A stretch of 64,000 bases of DNA from Paragordius varius (taxonomy: Eukaryota; Animalia; Nematomorpha), in contig OZ176053.1 of NCBI GenBank assembly GCA_964247055.1, positions 10,850,001 to 10,914,000 on the forward strand. Reading direction: 5' to 3'. The position numbers and the translations under genes are program-made. Of this stretch, positions 12,401-24,191 are shown piece after piece. Each line of letters opens with the position of its first letter. Position 1 is the first letter of the stretch. The notes under the pieces are model-generated. The model ran no database searches. It had not been told where the DNA came from and saw nothing but the letters and a program-made list of their open reading frames with translations.

Positions 12401-14580
12401 CAATTAAAAAAATTTGTTACTTAAAAGCACATTGTTCAAATAATATGGGTTTTTAAGAAGGTATCTATAATTAGAAGAAAATTAAAAATTAGGGTGACAA
12501 AATAGATTGCATCTATATTGGTATATTATATGAAGTATAGGGGAAAGATTTTAATTGTATAATAAGAGATTTCAAACAAATATCAGATAAAATTTATCAA
12601 TTAAATTATTAATAAAAATTATTTTATAAATTTAAATTATAATGTTAATAGGACAGGGAGCCGATACACTGGTGCGTTACGAATATGATTATATGGAATT
12701 ATTTATTCATATAATTATTCAGGCTATTATCATGTCTCTTGCTATATCTCAGGATTGGATGCATTAAAAATTTTGGTTTTACATAAATTAAGGATGTTTT
12801 TAACACTTAAAGACTGTGCCTCAAATATGGGGATAAAAAATATAAGTTTATAAATGTATATTATTTGATAGCTAAAATCAGGATAATTAATATAAAATAC
12901 AGACTAGGAAAAGAGTTAATTCACCTAAAGGAAAAAGCGTATTTTTAAATTATTAAGATATGCCCGTCAAAAATTATAAAATTATATTTGTAATGAATTC
13001 AAGCATCAAACAAAAAAAATTAGTTTACTTGTTAATAAGCAGGGTTGCATGTTGAATTCGTGGTTCCAGTCCCATATCCTTGGTCCATACGCTTTTGTAC
13101 CAAATATTTTGCTCTTTATTATACATAACATTTATAATTTTAACATAAATATATATAGTTTTGTCCCATAAAATAAATTATATACATTATTAAATAAGTT
13201 GCTTTCTGTTAGAATAATGTTCGAAAATTATATATGTTCAAACCAAAAATTAGGATAAAAATAAAAAAAATAGACTTTATCAAAACATATATTAATCGCA
13301 CCCTGACAAGTAAATGATTATAGTAAAAAATTATGAAAACAAAACACAAAAACTAAAAGACAAATATTTTGCATAAAGACATCCGTACTTTTTAAATCGT
13401 CACTTTTTATATAAAAATTTTTTAATTTTTAAATATATAATATAATGATCCAATTAACATATTTCTTCCTTTGATTACCAACTTTAAATTATAAGTTATC
13501 TTACAACAAATCTATGAAATTATGGTTACTTTTTAGATGTTTGTCTTTTAATTTTAAGTTTATTATAATTTTAACAAAATACGCATATGAAAAAAATCGT
13601 TGCAAGCCATATATACCAGTGTCATAAATGTAGCTGGCATTAGTAAAGCAATCATGTCGAATTTTGGTAGATTCCTCATCCTCACCATTTTCTTTATCGT
13701 TGAGAGTTTTGCTAGTTTCTTTGTTAAATTTGTCCTCATTGTTGGTATTTTTTCTTTGGGGCGAAGAAGCCATACATAATTCTCGACCACCGATTGTAAG
13801 AATTAAATTTCGATCTTTCGCATGGCCGGTAAGTGATGGAAGCAATATACTTTGATGCATATACAAAGCCGATGGACTAGGCATCAAAATTTGCCTGTCA
13901 AATTTTAATTTATGCAAAATCAGTAGTGGTTAAAATAAAATAATTTATATATATATATATATATATATATATCAAGATTTCAATATTTATGATGTTATAT
14001 ATTGTCCATTAATAATCACTTTCATGCATAGAAAAGCGTTTTAATAGCAAATCAAAAAACATCTATATTACAATCATTCAACCCTTAATAAGACAACTTG
14101 AGATGCACAAAAATCTCAATCTTGTTGTCTACAACCTTTAAAAAAATGATAGTTAATCAAAATTATTTTTTTACATAATGCGATTAAACCGACCCTTTTA
14201 TATGTTTTAACATCTCAAAAAAATATTAGGTGAAAAATTAAAAAATTAGCAGTTTTAAATATTAAAATAAAGTAATTACCAATTTTTAGTGATTGGATAG
14301 TATGCCAACATTGAATCTATTGGACTTTGTTGATGCAGAAATTCAATGCGTATATCTAAATGACCACGGGCCTCTATCAAAGAAAGACCCCCATGAATAT
14401 ATATAACTGATGAGTTATCAAAATTTTCATATAGTACGCTTGTGTGACCAAATCGACCAGAAGGCATATAGCGTACAAATGTTGGGTTATCCGAATTTTC
14501 AACCATATTTTTATCATTGGTTGATATTGGGTTTGTTGAAGATTTCATCGTAGTATGAAAGGTCCAACTATCATTCTCTG

Positions 14581-14635
<55 letters not shown>

Positions 14636-17498
14636 TACAGTTTTATTTAGTAAAGTGCATTATGATCGCTTGATTCTTGTATAAGTACTTATTATCTCAG
14701 CCTAATCAGTATTTAAAAAAATGTAAACCTCAATACAAATCACACCCAAAAATACCAAAAATTTATTTATTATTCAGCATCATATATAACCATTTTTAGG
14801 TTAATTTTTCATTTAAGGAAAAAAAACTAATTAAATTCTTACCAAAATGGTATTCTTGCAACATTCGGATCAAAGCCTTGTTCAAATTATATCCGAATAT
14901 AACCAGCACTGTTTTTACTTCCCTTGTAAAAAATTGAGTTACATTATCATATTCTTTATTATTATTATTAATTGTATGTAAAGTCGTTATAATATGACTC
15001 GTATGATGTGAAACGGGTGTAGGTTCCAACATTTCAAAATTCTTATTCATATTATTACCATCAACATTTTTGTGAACACTTTTGTTATTAAGATTAAGAT
15101 GATTAAGATTTATTTCAGCATATGGTGGTGTAATCATTTGATATGTTTTTTGTATCAAATCAAAAATTAGAGGAAAGTATAGGACATCATTGGCAAATAT
15201 GGCTTGGTTCTCGCTTATGTAAAACGGGTTATGACCACCAAAAATGTAAATTTTATTCTAAAACACATAAAAAATATATCATTATTGTTTTTCATCAATC
15301 AATTTAAAAGTAGTAGCAAATATAAATTTAAGGATATTTAAGATATTAATATAAAATGTTACTTTATAGAAATGCGCGGTGTGCCCAATGATAGGAACGC
15401 CGGTAGGATATAAATTTTCAGACCATTCTTGAGAATATACTGATCGACTAAATTTGTAAAATAATTGAATCAAGTAATGTGATTAGATGCGGTTTTAAAT
15501 ATGTATTAACATCTTATTCCAGGATAAAAAAAAACATTTAATTGACGTTAAATCCCCTAACATTGTTGGTAAAAATGTATGATGATTGCTGATTTTTGCA
15601 ATAGAAAAAAAACTCATTTTCAAAAGGTTAAAATTGTATGAAAATCCATTATAATTAAAAACTCTTTTAAAGCGTATCAGTCGACTTACAATATCATAGT
15701 GTGTAAACAAATCGAATTCCGAAGAATGTTGAAAATTAAAAATTACTAATAAAAAATATAAGAAACGGCAAAAAATGGCTTGTTTATATCGACAAATTTA
15801 TTGAAACCTACAGGACCGTTTCAGTGAAATTAGACATTTGTAGCTGATGTTCAAAATCCTATTAATGTTTGTTAATATTTTAAAACTATGCCAAAAATAT
15901 TAAGTAATTTGTAAAATTGTAAAATGTTTGATATTTACAAAAATATTTTGAAAAAGCAATAAAATATTTATTATTTAGGAGTATTACCTTATTACAAATA
16001 TATATATATATATATATATATAAAAGCTTTTAACAAAAATGTATAACAAATTAATAATCGATATGATAGTGCCAAAACAAAGTTATTATTTTAATTCACT
16101 TTTTTTCCATACCAAATAATCAATTAAAATTGTATAAATTATAAATTCTACTATGGGCTAGCAAATTTTTACTTATTATTATAATTTACAAATAAAAAAA
16201 ACACCTATTAATTTCAAATAAAATATGAGCTTTATTAAAAATATGCTATAATATTAATTTAATTTAACATACCTGAAAATAAGTGGTAATAAGATATCAT
16301 TATTATGATTATTATTATGATTGGATGTTTGATTATGATTGAAAGGGTAACCACCAATAGAATAGATCATTTCACCAATCTCATCGTACAATAAGACATT
16401 ACCGACCAAAGGTAATAAGGCGTTTGGATTATTTTGTATGATAACCGTTCTACGCTCAGGTTTTTTTACCGTCGTAAAGTTGTTTTCCTCACAAAATTTA
16501 CTTTCTTGATAAAGTGGGTCTATTATATAGAGGAAAAAAAGCAAATATTAAGAATTTGCAAATTTAAACCTTTTTATATATGTTCTAATTATAAATTTTA
16601 GAAACATATGGAAAAATCGCAAAAGAATAATCATTAAATATTTTCAAATTGATTTGGAGATAAAATATAAATTAATTATTATTATAAAAATCGGTTATTT
16701 AAAAATTACCTTGACATAAAACCGTTTGTTGGAGTTCGCAATCTTTGCCCAACCAACCCGGAAAACATATACATTTTCCGTCATTACAGAAACCATGATT
16801 TGAACATTGTGGATCATAACATGAATCCCCATGCCTAAAAAGAACAAATAAATCAATTTATCTAAATTAATTTGTAGTTTTAATTAATATAATAGTTGCA
16901 ATCTACATATTATAGATATATAAAAAAGTATCGAAATATTTAAAAATATAATAAGCTATAAAATTCAAAAGATAAAAAAATGTTAAATACCAATAGGTTA
17001 AATTAAATCCGTGATATTCGTATGCTTGATCGCTTGTAAAGTAAATGGCCAGAGAATTTGTTGAAGATTTTAAATCAGGGAAATCAATTAAATCACGCTT
17101 ATTTTTCAATCCACTGTATTTTAAAAATTGATAAAAAAAATTCGAATATATTATAATAAAACCATTTTAGATGCTATACCTAATGGATGCAATTAGCCTT
17201 GAATAAATGGAAAACCCATCAAATATATACAAATAATCCCATTCACACTCAGTTTCAAATTGGGTAATTCTTATATTTATTTTAAGACCCAATTTTGCAG
17301 TTAATATCCAAAAACAATTTGAATTTGGGTCATATACCTGGTCACTATGTGCTATAAATCCATGGCTTTTCGTTATACTAAAATATATGTCGATACAAAC
17401 CTTAATCTTTTGTGAAAATGGTTACATTTAGTAATATTAACAGAAATAATCTTAAACAGGCACAACTGCAAAATCAGGAATGCAATCCTGAAAAGCAT
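437..17498 (-). CDS. ATRN: Attractin / attractin-like (distracted) type I membrane protein, multi-exon: signal peptide, CUB, EGF, kelch repeats, PSI domains, laminin-EGF, TM, cytoplasmic tail
   Basis: Hand-spliced exons. Signal peptide MLFRIAFLILQLCLFKIISVN starts at ATG 17498. CUB: NCFWIL...FETECEWDYLYIFDG...YFTSDQAYEYHGFNLTY (~16990-17377). EGF: CYDPQCSNHGFCNDGKCICFPGWLGKDC (~16710-16835). Kelch: YSIGGYP, GRFGHTSV...YIHGG, HVQGGFDG. PSI: CYTCLSSRWPCVWC and SCDECQTNPNCGWCAHESNTGYG|VCIPG. Laminin-EGF: CTCNGHSHC...CRDHTTGPNCGSCAIGYFGEPRNGGMCQPCFCHGHSNICD. TM: LDILQFFITFLS|CFLFLLFFAALSWKIKQR (3903-3961, 3756-3834). Tail: RLFIEMEEMATRPF (3520-3621), PTPIAIEP...SAVLSVIVKLP (1269-1362), PYGASGLALGCTLV (437-756, stop at 437). 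Phases were consistent at the junctions checked. ATRN versus ATRNL1 is not meaningful for an invertebrate. Confidence 0.92.
1005..1234. repeat. Small foldback/MITE-like element with ~20-nt internal repeats (GGGTGAATTT motif)
   Basis: ATATACCATTTACAGTT (1005-1021) is the inverted match, 16/17, of AATTGTAAATGGTATAT (1218-1234). Three tandem TTC(G/A)AGGGTGA(A/T)TTT units lie at ~1163-1220. Intronic in attractin. Confidence 0.45.
1533..3502 (+). mobile_element. RTE-type non-LTR retrotransposon, 5'-truncated with an inverted 5' segment (pseudogenised RT)
   Basis: Minus segment 1533-~2525 carries RT motifs [54 protein letters not shown] and PWELIFADDIV. Plus segment 2531-3502 restarts at ILDCITKNISTQPPWELIFADDIVL and continues through RT C-terminal motifs (FTYL, YKAGVRPALT, SRLKYLGHI, KGRPTHCW). 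11-bp TSD ATTAAAAATTA at 1522-1532 and 3503-3513. The 3' end has a short ATCAAGT tandem. Confidence 0.9.
3580..3597 (-). other. MASRPF-like cytoplasmic motif (MATRPF) of attractin
   Basis: Exon 3520-3621 encodes RLFIEMEEMATRPFYSV. This corresponds to the conserved MASRPF motif reported as the MGRN1 docking site in ATRN and MEGF8. Confidence 0.8.
7028..7071. repeat. (TA)n microsatellite
   Basis: Uninterrupted TA dinucleotide run of ~44 nt in an attractin intron. Confidence 0.97.
8900..9084. mobile_element. hAT (Buster/Charlie-like) MITE, degenerate
   Basis: Left end CAGGGGTGTCCAAC and right end GTTGGGCATTCCTG are an 11/14 inverted match. Flanks AACTACAG and AACTAGGG are a 6/8 8-bp TSD with central TA, the NNNTANNN preference of Buster hATs. 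Confidence 0.6.
9433..9479. repeat. (TA)n microsatellite abutting an attractin 3' splice site
   Basis: The minus strand reads (TA)n-TAG|AT GGT ACT. Intron 9432-9526 is phase 1 and both flanking exons are open. Confidence 0.9.
11827..12245. repeat. Second cluster of the GGGTGAATTT foldback-type repeat
   Basis: CAAGGGTGAATTTGAAATTTAAATGGCATAT (~11837-11867) resembles 1203-1234. Reverse-orientation units (CCCCCTTGAAC, ACCCTCGAAC) lie at ~11875-11975 and forward units again at ~12188-12240. Confidence 0.45.
14583..14631. repeat. (TA)n microsatellite just upstream of an attractin 3' splice site
   Basis: The minus strand reads (TA)n-TTACAG|AG AAT GAT AGT TGG. Phase 1 matches the upstream donor ...EYHF G|gtaaga. 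Confidence 0.9.
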
Positions 17499-17534
17499 CT
17501 ATCACCTAGAGTCGACCACACTGATTTGTGACAT
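17499..17534 (-). promoter_or_regulatory. Candidate uORF (MSQISVVDSR, then TGA TAG) in frame with and abutting the attractin ATG
   Basis: The minus strand reads ATG TCA CAA ATC AGT GTG GTC GAC TCT AGG TGA TAG ATG CTT TTC. It is unknown whether this stretch is in the mRNA. Confidence 0.4.
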
Positions 17535-17589
17535 TACTCTTTTCTGATGATTTGAATTTAAAAAAAAATTACACCTAATGATCATACTT

Positions 17590-18073
17590 TTAACACTTCG
17601 ATTTAAATTGGGGTATCCAAATAACCCAGACTAAATTTAAGTTAAAATTTCTAAAAGACTATTGAAGGAAACGTCCTAATTTAAATTTATGCTTCTATCC
17701 TAATAAAAATTATATAAATATGCCAAAAAATTTCAATAAAATTTTTTGAAAAAAAAGTTCCATGTCAAACTACTTCGACGCCATTTTTATTTAAATTTGC
17801 AAAATATTGTCTTCATTTAAGGGTAAATTGTTTAATTTGTATTATTTTTCAATACCATTGCATGAATTTCACGTTGACTAAATTTTTAACTCTCTGTTTT
17901 AGCTCGAAATAAGTAAAATCAAGTATTTCTGAATAATTTTTTTAATTTCGGTTTATTAATGTTATATAAGTGGAAGATTTTGCCATGGTTTCAATTCCTT
18001 CCATATTTTTTAAAGAATTTAATTTTAAACAGGACTGGGGTATTTAATTTCCCGAATTTAAATCGAAGGACTA
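17590..18073. mobile_element. Degenerate TIR element (MITE, possibly piggyBac-like), with a second partial copy at ~18754-18930
   Basis: The left end TTAA-CACTTCGATTTAAATTGGGG...CCCAGAC has an inverted counterpart at ~18030-18073 with an identical 14-nt core CTTCGATTTAAATT. The region 17590-17790 aligns by eye with 18754-18930 (shared TTAACACTTCGAT and AATTTATGCTTCTATCC). Confidence 0.45.
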
Positions 18074-19289
18074 AAATGAATGTGTTGTATCCAAGTGTTA
18101 AAGTTGATAAATTTTGATTATGCGCTTTAATAATAAATTTGTTTATGGTTGATATCTTACCCAGATGATCCATCACTAATAATTGCCTACACAATTAATT
18201 AGAGTGTGGTTAATTTTATTGGAATTTCTTGGCGTTAATTAATATATTTATTAACTTATTGATCCATTTATTTTTTGTACGCGATGACATTTTTGTGTAG
18301 TTTTCAACGCAGTTTTGTAGTTAACAAACTATTGTTGAAAAGTTTTTTAGTCAAAATAATTATCAATCCCTGTTCTTCTCTATACAATGCTTCCGAAATC
18401 GGGGAGAATAATTGATAATTTATATATTTTGATATTGCGCCTCATTGAGTCAAAGTTATTTTCTTTTTTGCTATCAGTGCTAATATCAAAGTTATATTTA
18501 GGCACAATATCTTAAATTTATCAGTAAAACTAAATGAATTATAATTAATTTTGATAAATATTATAACATAATTAAATTACCAATGTAATTTTTAGCAGAA
18601 TCCAGAAATCTCAAATTTTTTACCACCTCTCAAATAGGGTATTATTAACGCAAAAATAAAAAATGAGAAAAAGGAACTTTTATTTGCTAGATTATAACAG
18701 AAAATTATTTTTGAGAAGATACATACTTTGTCAAAAATATTTAGCAAAATTATTTAACACTTCGATTCAAATCGGGTCTAAATACCACAATATTAAAGGG
18801 ATACTAAAAAAAACTACTGAATGAAACGGAATTTATGCTTCTATCCAAAAGTTTTATAAATAAGCCAAAATATCTTGAAAGTTGGAAAAAAATTCCGTAT
18901 CAAACTGCAGGACACCGTTTTATTTACAACTTTTTTGAACAATGTATAATCCTAAACCTAAAAGTTTTAATTTTATTAAGATCACTAACATTGGTATAAA
19001 CAGAAAAAGTGGTATATTTTGCAATTTTTTATTTTTAGCTTTAAATTATCCTTCTTACCTGGAATCATGATTGATTCCATATACTCTCATTAGCTTTCGG
19101 AAAAATGGGCTCAAAGTAAAAAAAATATTATATGGTGGCGCATTTTTCAGGGCGTATAACCGTTAATTTAAAAAATCCGCTCGACTTAAATTTTGACTTT
19201 TTACGGGTAATATTTTAAGCACGGATTGAATTCATACCTGATAGGTTTTCTGAAATTTAGCCCCAAAGGCGCGCTATTTTGATATGACG

Positions 19290-19794
19290 GGTCAGTTTTT
19301 AGCGGGTAATCCTTACCCAGCAGGTATCATCAAAGAAACGATTAAGTAAAATTTTTGCCTTTTAACAGGGAATACATGGAATCCTTATTGAATTTTTACA
19401 GTCTCATACTTTGGGCGAAAAATAGATTCAAAAAATTATTTTTGTGGACATTTTTTTTAAAAAATGGCATTTTACGGGGGGAACGGGTAAAAAGAGGGCC
19501 TAAATTAAAAAAGCGAGCCTACCATGTTCAAGGAAATCGAAAATAAGTTAAAAAAAATCGTATTTGAAATCGAATGGCCCAACATGTTTTCCGGAAAATC
19601 GGCTCAAACACACGATTTTTTGTTTTTTACACTAAGTTGACCCGAACTGGGGGCCTAATTCAAAAAAAGGGCAAAGCTATTGTCGAGGCACCATTAATGA
19701 TAATATATTTTCGATATTTGGATTTGACTAGGTCTACCGGTTTTCCGGAAACAGATCACAAAGCCACCCTTTTCCATTTTTATAAATATATAGA
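19290..19794 (-). mobile_element. Non-autonomous Helitron fragment (5' end plus one ~500-bp unit), same family as 52023-53730
   Basis: The minus strand begins A|TCTATATATTTATAAAAATGGAAAA at 19794. The body is clearly homologous to the units at 52143-52656 and 53198-53699. No hairpin-CTAG 3' end was recognised. Confidence 0.8.
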
Positions 19795-20931
19795 TTTCAC
19801 ATTAACCAAAACTTCCAAAAAATAAAAACACATTTTAGATCTGACTATTCAGAAGCATATAAAATCTCCCAATGATAATCATTCTATTACAAAAAGGTTT
19901 TATTAATATGAGTAAAAGAAAGTTTTTATAATGATTAATAAATTGGTTGATGATAAATCAATTTAGTGAATATAACATATTATCGCATAAAAAACTTTTA
20001 TAATCAAATGAAACATGTTAAAAATACTTTTTTTCACATACATACTATATACATTCTAATTTATAGTATGTTCTAATCAAAGTTAATTTTCAGGATGAGC
20101 AAAGAATGATAAATAGGTAACACCACCATACCCCACCAAAAACAAATCAACCAATGATAATTTTTAAGTTTTGTATTAAAAATTTAACTTTTATCTATTG
20201 ATCTACTCTATTCAATGGATAAATTTCAATCTTACTGAAACTAATCGCCTTACAAATCTATAACTTTTGATTAATTGATACTGCCTATTGTCTATGTGTC
20301 TGTCTTCTTCCTTTCATATCACAAATTAACAAATGTGTGAAAACATATTTAACAGGTAGTACAAAATAAGGATATTTCACCAGTACAAACATGATAATTG
20401 CTAATTTACTTTAATTCATAAGTAGCCTTCTAGACCAAATTTGTTCTGTCTTCCAATCAAACGTATATATAATGTTAATTATATCAAGGAATTTGACACA
20501 ACTCAGCAAAAGTGACTTTATGTAGAAAGATTTGAGAGAAAAGATAAAATACACCCGAAAACAAAATTGTGTACTCAATTTATGTGTTGTCAATAATAAA
20601 AATAATTTGTAATATAAATATACTTAAACGAGACAACTTGAAAAAACATATATATTAAAATTTGTGTTAGGTTTAAAAAAATTTGATTCAACTTATCAAA
20701 ATGTCATTATAAGAATAAAGAATACCTTAAAAATGAAATTTTTGTCTCACTCATTTATTTTAATGTAATCATAAATTTAATAATAAATAAAGAAAATGAG
20801 ATCAAATATTATATTTTAGATATAATAATTATGATATGATGACAAATATTTAAAATAAAATTTGGTTAAATATATAAATTAAATATGTATATTGCAGAGT
20901 ATGGTTTTCATTTTACATGTTGAAGTCTAAT

Positions 20932-23900
20932 TCAATTCGATGATTCCCTAACTAAGTTTGTTGAATCATCAATATCATTATATTTGGTGTTTATATTATT
21001 AGTATTCATTTTTTCCATATATCGCATATTTTCATGCATAAATTTTGCGAAAAAGGATCGAAAAGGCTCATTAAATTCGGCATTAATATATTCGTTTTCG
21101 GGTGGATTAATATTTCCCTTATTTGCAATAGTTTTGATTGAATGAGAATTTGTACAATTACTTATTTCATTGACACTGAGATAGGGTGGATGTAAAAAAT
21201 TGTTTCCAATATAAAATGGCCCCAAGGATGGTTGTTGCTGTTGACAAGCGGTGATGTTGCTATTAAGCAAAGGAGATATTTTTATCGATTTTGATAGCTT
21301 GACATCATCTTGAAAAACGGTTGAGTTAGTATTAATTTTTAATGCTTTAAATGTTTCCGCAGTGGCTAAATTATTCATAGGATTGTTGGCTAACGTTGGG
21401 TTTGGTTTCGTAGGCAAATTATTGAGATTTTTGGTTGGATAAAATGAGTTTTGGGTCATCATCATTGAATTATGAAGGTTAAGGAAATAGGGTTGATGAT
21501 AAGCAAAAAAATCCCAAAAAGTTGACATAAACAAATTATTGTTAGTATTATTATTGTTGTTAAGGTTAGGTGGATTATTTAAAGCATTGATATGTGGATA
21601 GGAAAGAAATGGCCAAAACCAATATGGATTCTGCTGTAAGTTTCCGAAATCATTGCAAAATTTATTTTGGTCAACCGTTTTATAGCACGAATCTTCTATG
21701 GTTTGGGTGGATTCAGGTACAATAGAAACTTCTAAACGTATATCAGAGAAAAAATTAGCAACATTGATTTTGATTCATGAATTTTACTATTTGTTACAAA
21801 AAATATGGTAATTTTTAATAAAAATTTGATAAATTTTAATGTCAAAAAAAGTTTTTTCTTTATTTACTTATATTTTGGTCAAGGCTATCCAATTGTTCAT
21901 GTTTTAGATTTTCGGAAACATTCTCAGTTTTTTGGCTCTCAGAAACATCATCATTCTTTTCCATTTTAACTGTATTTCGATTCCCTAGTGTTGTCATTTG
22001 GTTAAAGTAGGTGCTTTTAATTTGTTTTTCCAATTTCCTAACCAAACTTTTGTACAACCAATTCGATCTATGCATATTTTCATTATTCATTTGTAAGGAA
22101 TTAGACGGTTTCGATGAAAAATTTTCTACCATTATATTAGCCTTAGGTGCTTCAAAAGTATCTGCCGTTGTATTTACGCGTTTATTTGGATGATATACTG
22201 AGGCGCCAGAATTCCGTTTAAATTCGTGTAGTGAATCATATTTGCAATTTTTCGAAATGGAAGTGTGTTCCTTTTTCCAAAAAACCTCTTTTTTGCGTTT
22301 TAGGCCTATTTTTCGTTCACGATGATTGTGCTTGAAATGTTGGTCTTTAGATAAATCATTTATACAAATATCCATGTACGGTTTGAAAAGAATTATATTT
22401 TCAGGGCCACGATCACACTTTTTATCCTGGGGGCTGTTAATATCTTCTTTTTGATTTGGAGGATAAGTTTCGACTTTAGTATTGGATATATTTGGCATAG
22501 ATGTAGGGGAAATTTTTTCTGTTATTATTATCATATAAAAAAGATTAATAATCAAAATTTAACTAATTTGTAAAATTTAAAATTTAATTATTACCATTAT
22601 ATGCTTCGTTTATTTGGTTCATTTCATGGCGTTTCAGATAACTGCGATCTCTAAAACAAAAAGGTAATTTTATAAAAAAATATTAATAAATAATTTCAAT
22701 TAAAGTCATATTTACCGTTTAGAAAGTCCATTGTCACGGAAACCTTTTGCAAATGGGTTGTTGTCAATTTTCAATTGCGTAATCTATATTTTTTAAAAAA
22801 AAACTTTAATAATTTTACCGAAATCAAAAAAATTAAAAAATCGAATATTTGGGTAAACTTACCCGTTCATTCTGATAAGCCGTGACTGCAATAAAGTGAC
22901 ATTCATCAAAGACAAAAGTTTTGACCTCTTCTTTCCAACGTATTTCGGAGTTTAATTCAAAAGATTTTATGATGTGGATTCTGGGAACGTATTTATGCAT
23001 TGAATTCAATATGACCTATTAATGTTAATAATATTAGAATATATATTTATTCCAAATTTGTTTATGTAGCACACACTTTTTCAAAGTTACACCCTAAAGT
23101 TTTAACCAATTTTTGTCTTAGATATTGTAAAACTGACTATTTTTACTAAACTTACATGTCCATTTTGATCCATGGTATTATTTGTGAGTTTAATTTTGTG
23201 AAATAGAACAGATTGTTTCATCCAATCGGCCCCTGTGGCCGGCGAATCAGGATGAATGTAAATTCTTGAAGCTGGGTTTTGTAATTCAGCTTTTCCACTC
23301 ATGACCCATTCATTAGCGTGATATTTGTAGCGAAAATCATCGTAGGGTATAATATCCATAAGCAAAAAATATTTTTCATCCACTTCCAAACCATCAATAT
23401 TGATTTTTAGTGTTGGGAACATACGCCTATTTTATTAATTAATAGAGTTTCATTTAAACATAATTTAATTGTTACATAAGAACCATTAATTTAACTAGTT
23501 CAATCAAAATTATATTAAAAGATACAATATTTTTGTTCTTTAAATTGAATACATTTTTATGGATTTTATCATTATTTTAAATATATCCATCTTTACGCCA
23601 TATTAATCCAAAATTGATTTTTTAATTTGGTGTCCCCTATACATTACAATTGAAATTTTCGTAATTTTCTATATTTACTAAATCAATATGGGATTCTGTT
23701 TAGCTATTAATTTAAAATAAAATTTAATTTTTTATTGAAAAATATTTGTAAATAAAAAAACAGTTCTGCTAATTTGGCTAAAAATAAAATTATATTTATG
23801 GAAATGTCAATCAAAACTGATCGGCAGCTAATTGAAAAAAATAACTCAAAAATAAAAAATCGCGCAAAAAAGACGAAGTCTGAATTTTAGACAATAAATT

Positions 23901-24191
23901 AATTATATAAATAAATAATAAATTTTAGAAAATATTAAATTTTTACCTGCCCGATTTAGTGATAATCATTTCTGTGCCCAGATTATGAAATTTATCCCAC
24001 AATTCCGAATTATCCAAACTTAGTGTAATTCCTTCATGCTTTTTTTCATAAATTGGATCTTTTTGTTCGTTAAGTTTAGGGCTGTCCATAGCATTTGAAT
24101 CAAAAGTAAAGGGTGATTTAGAATTCAGTAAGCCTTTATTCAACACATCTGATAGGTTGGTTTGAAAAATTTGTTTAAGAGCTCCACTCAT
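20932..24191 (-). CDS. T-box transcription factor (subfamily uncertain; shows Tbx2/3-like and Tbx6/VegT-like residues)
   Basis: Exons encode [19 protein letters not shown]|RMFP...[35 protein letters not shown]|[14 protein letters not shown]...[11 protein letters not shown]|[19 protein letters not shown], a complete T-box. They are followed by low-complexity C-terminal exons (21860-22540, 20932-~21800) and a stop at 20932. Confidence 0.95.
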
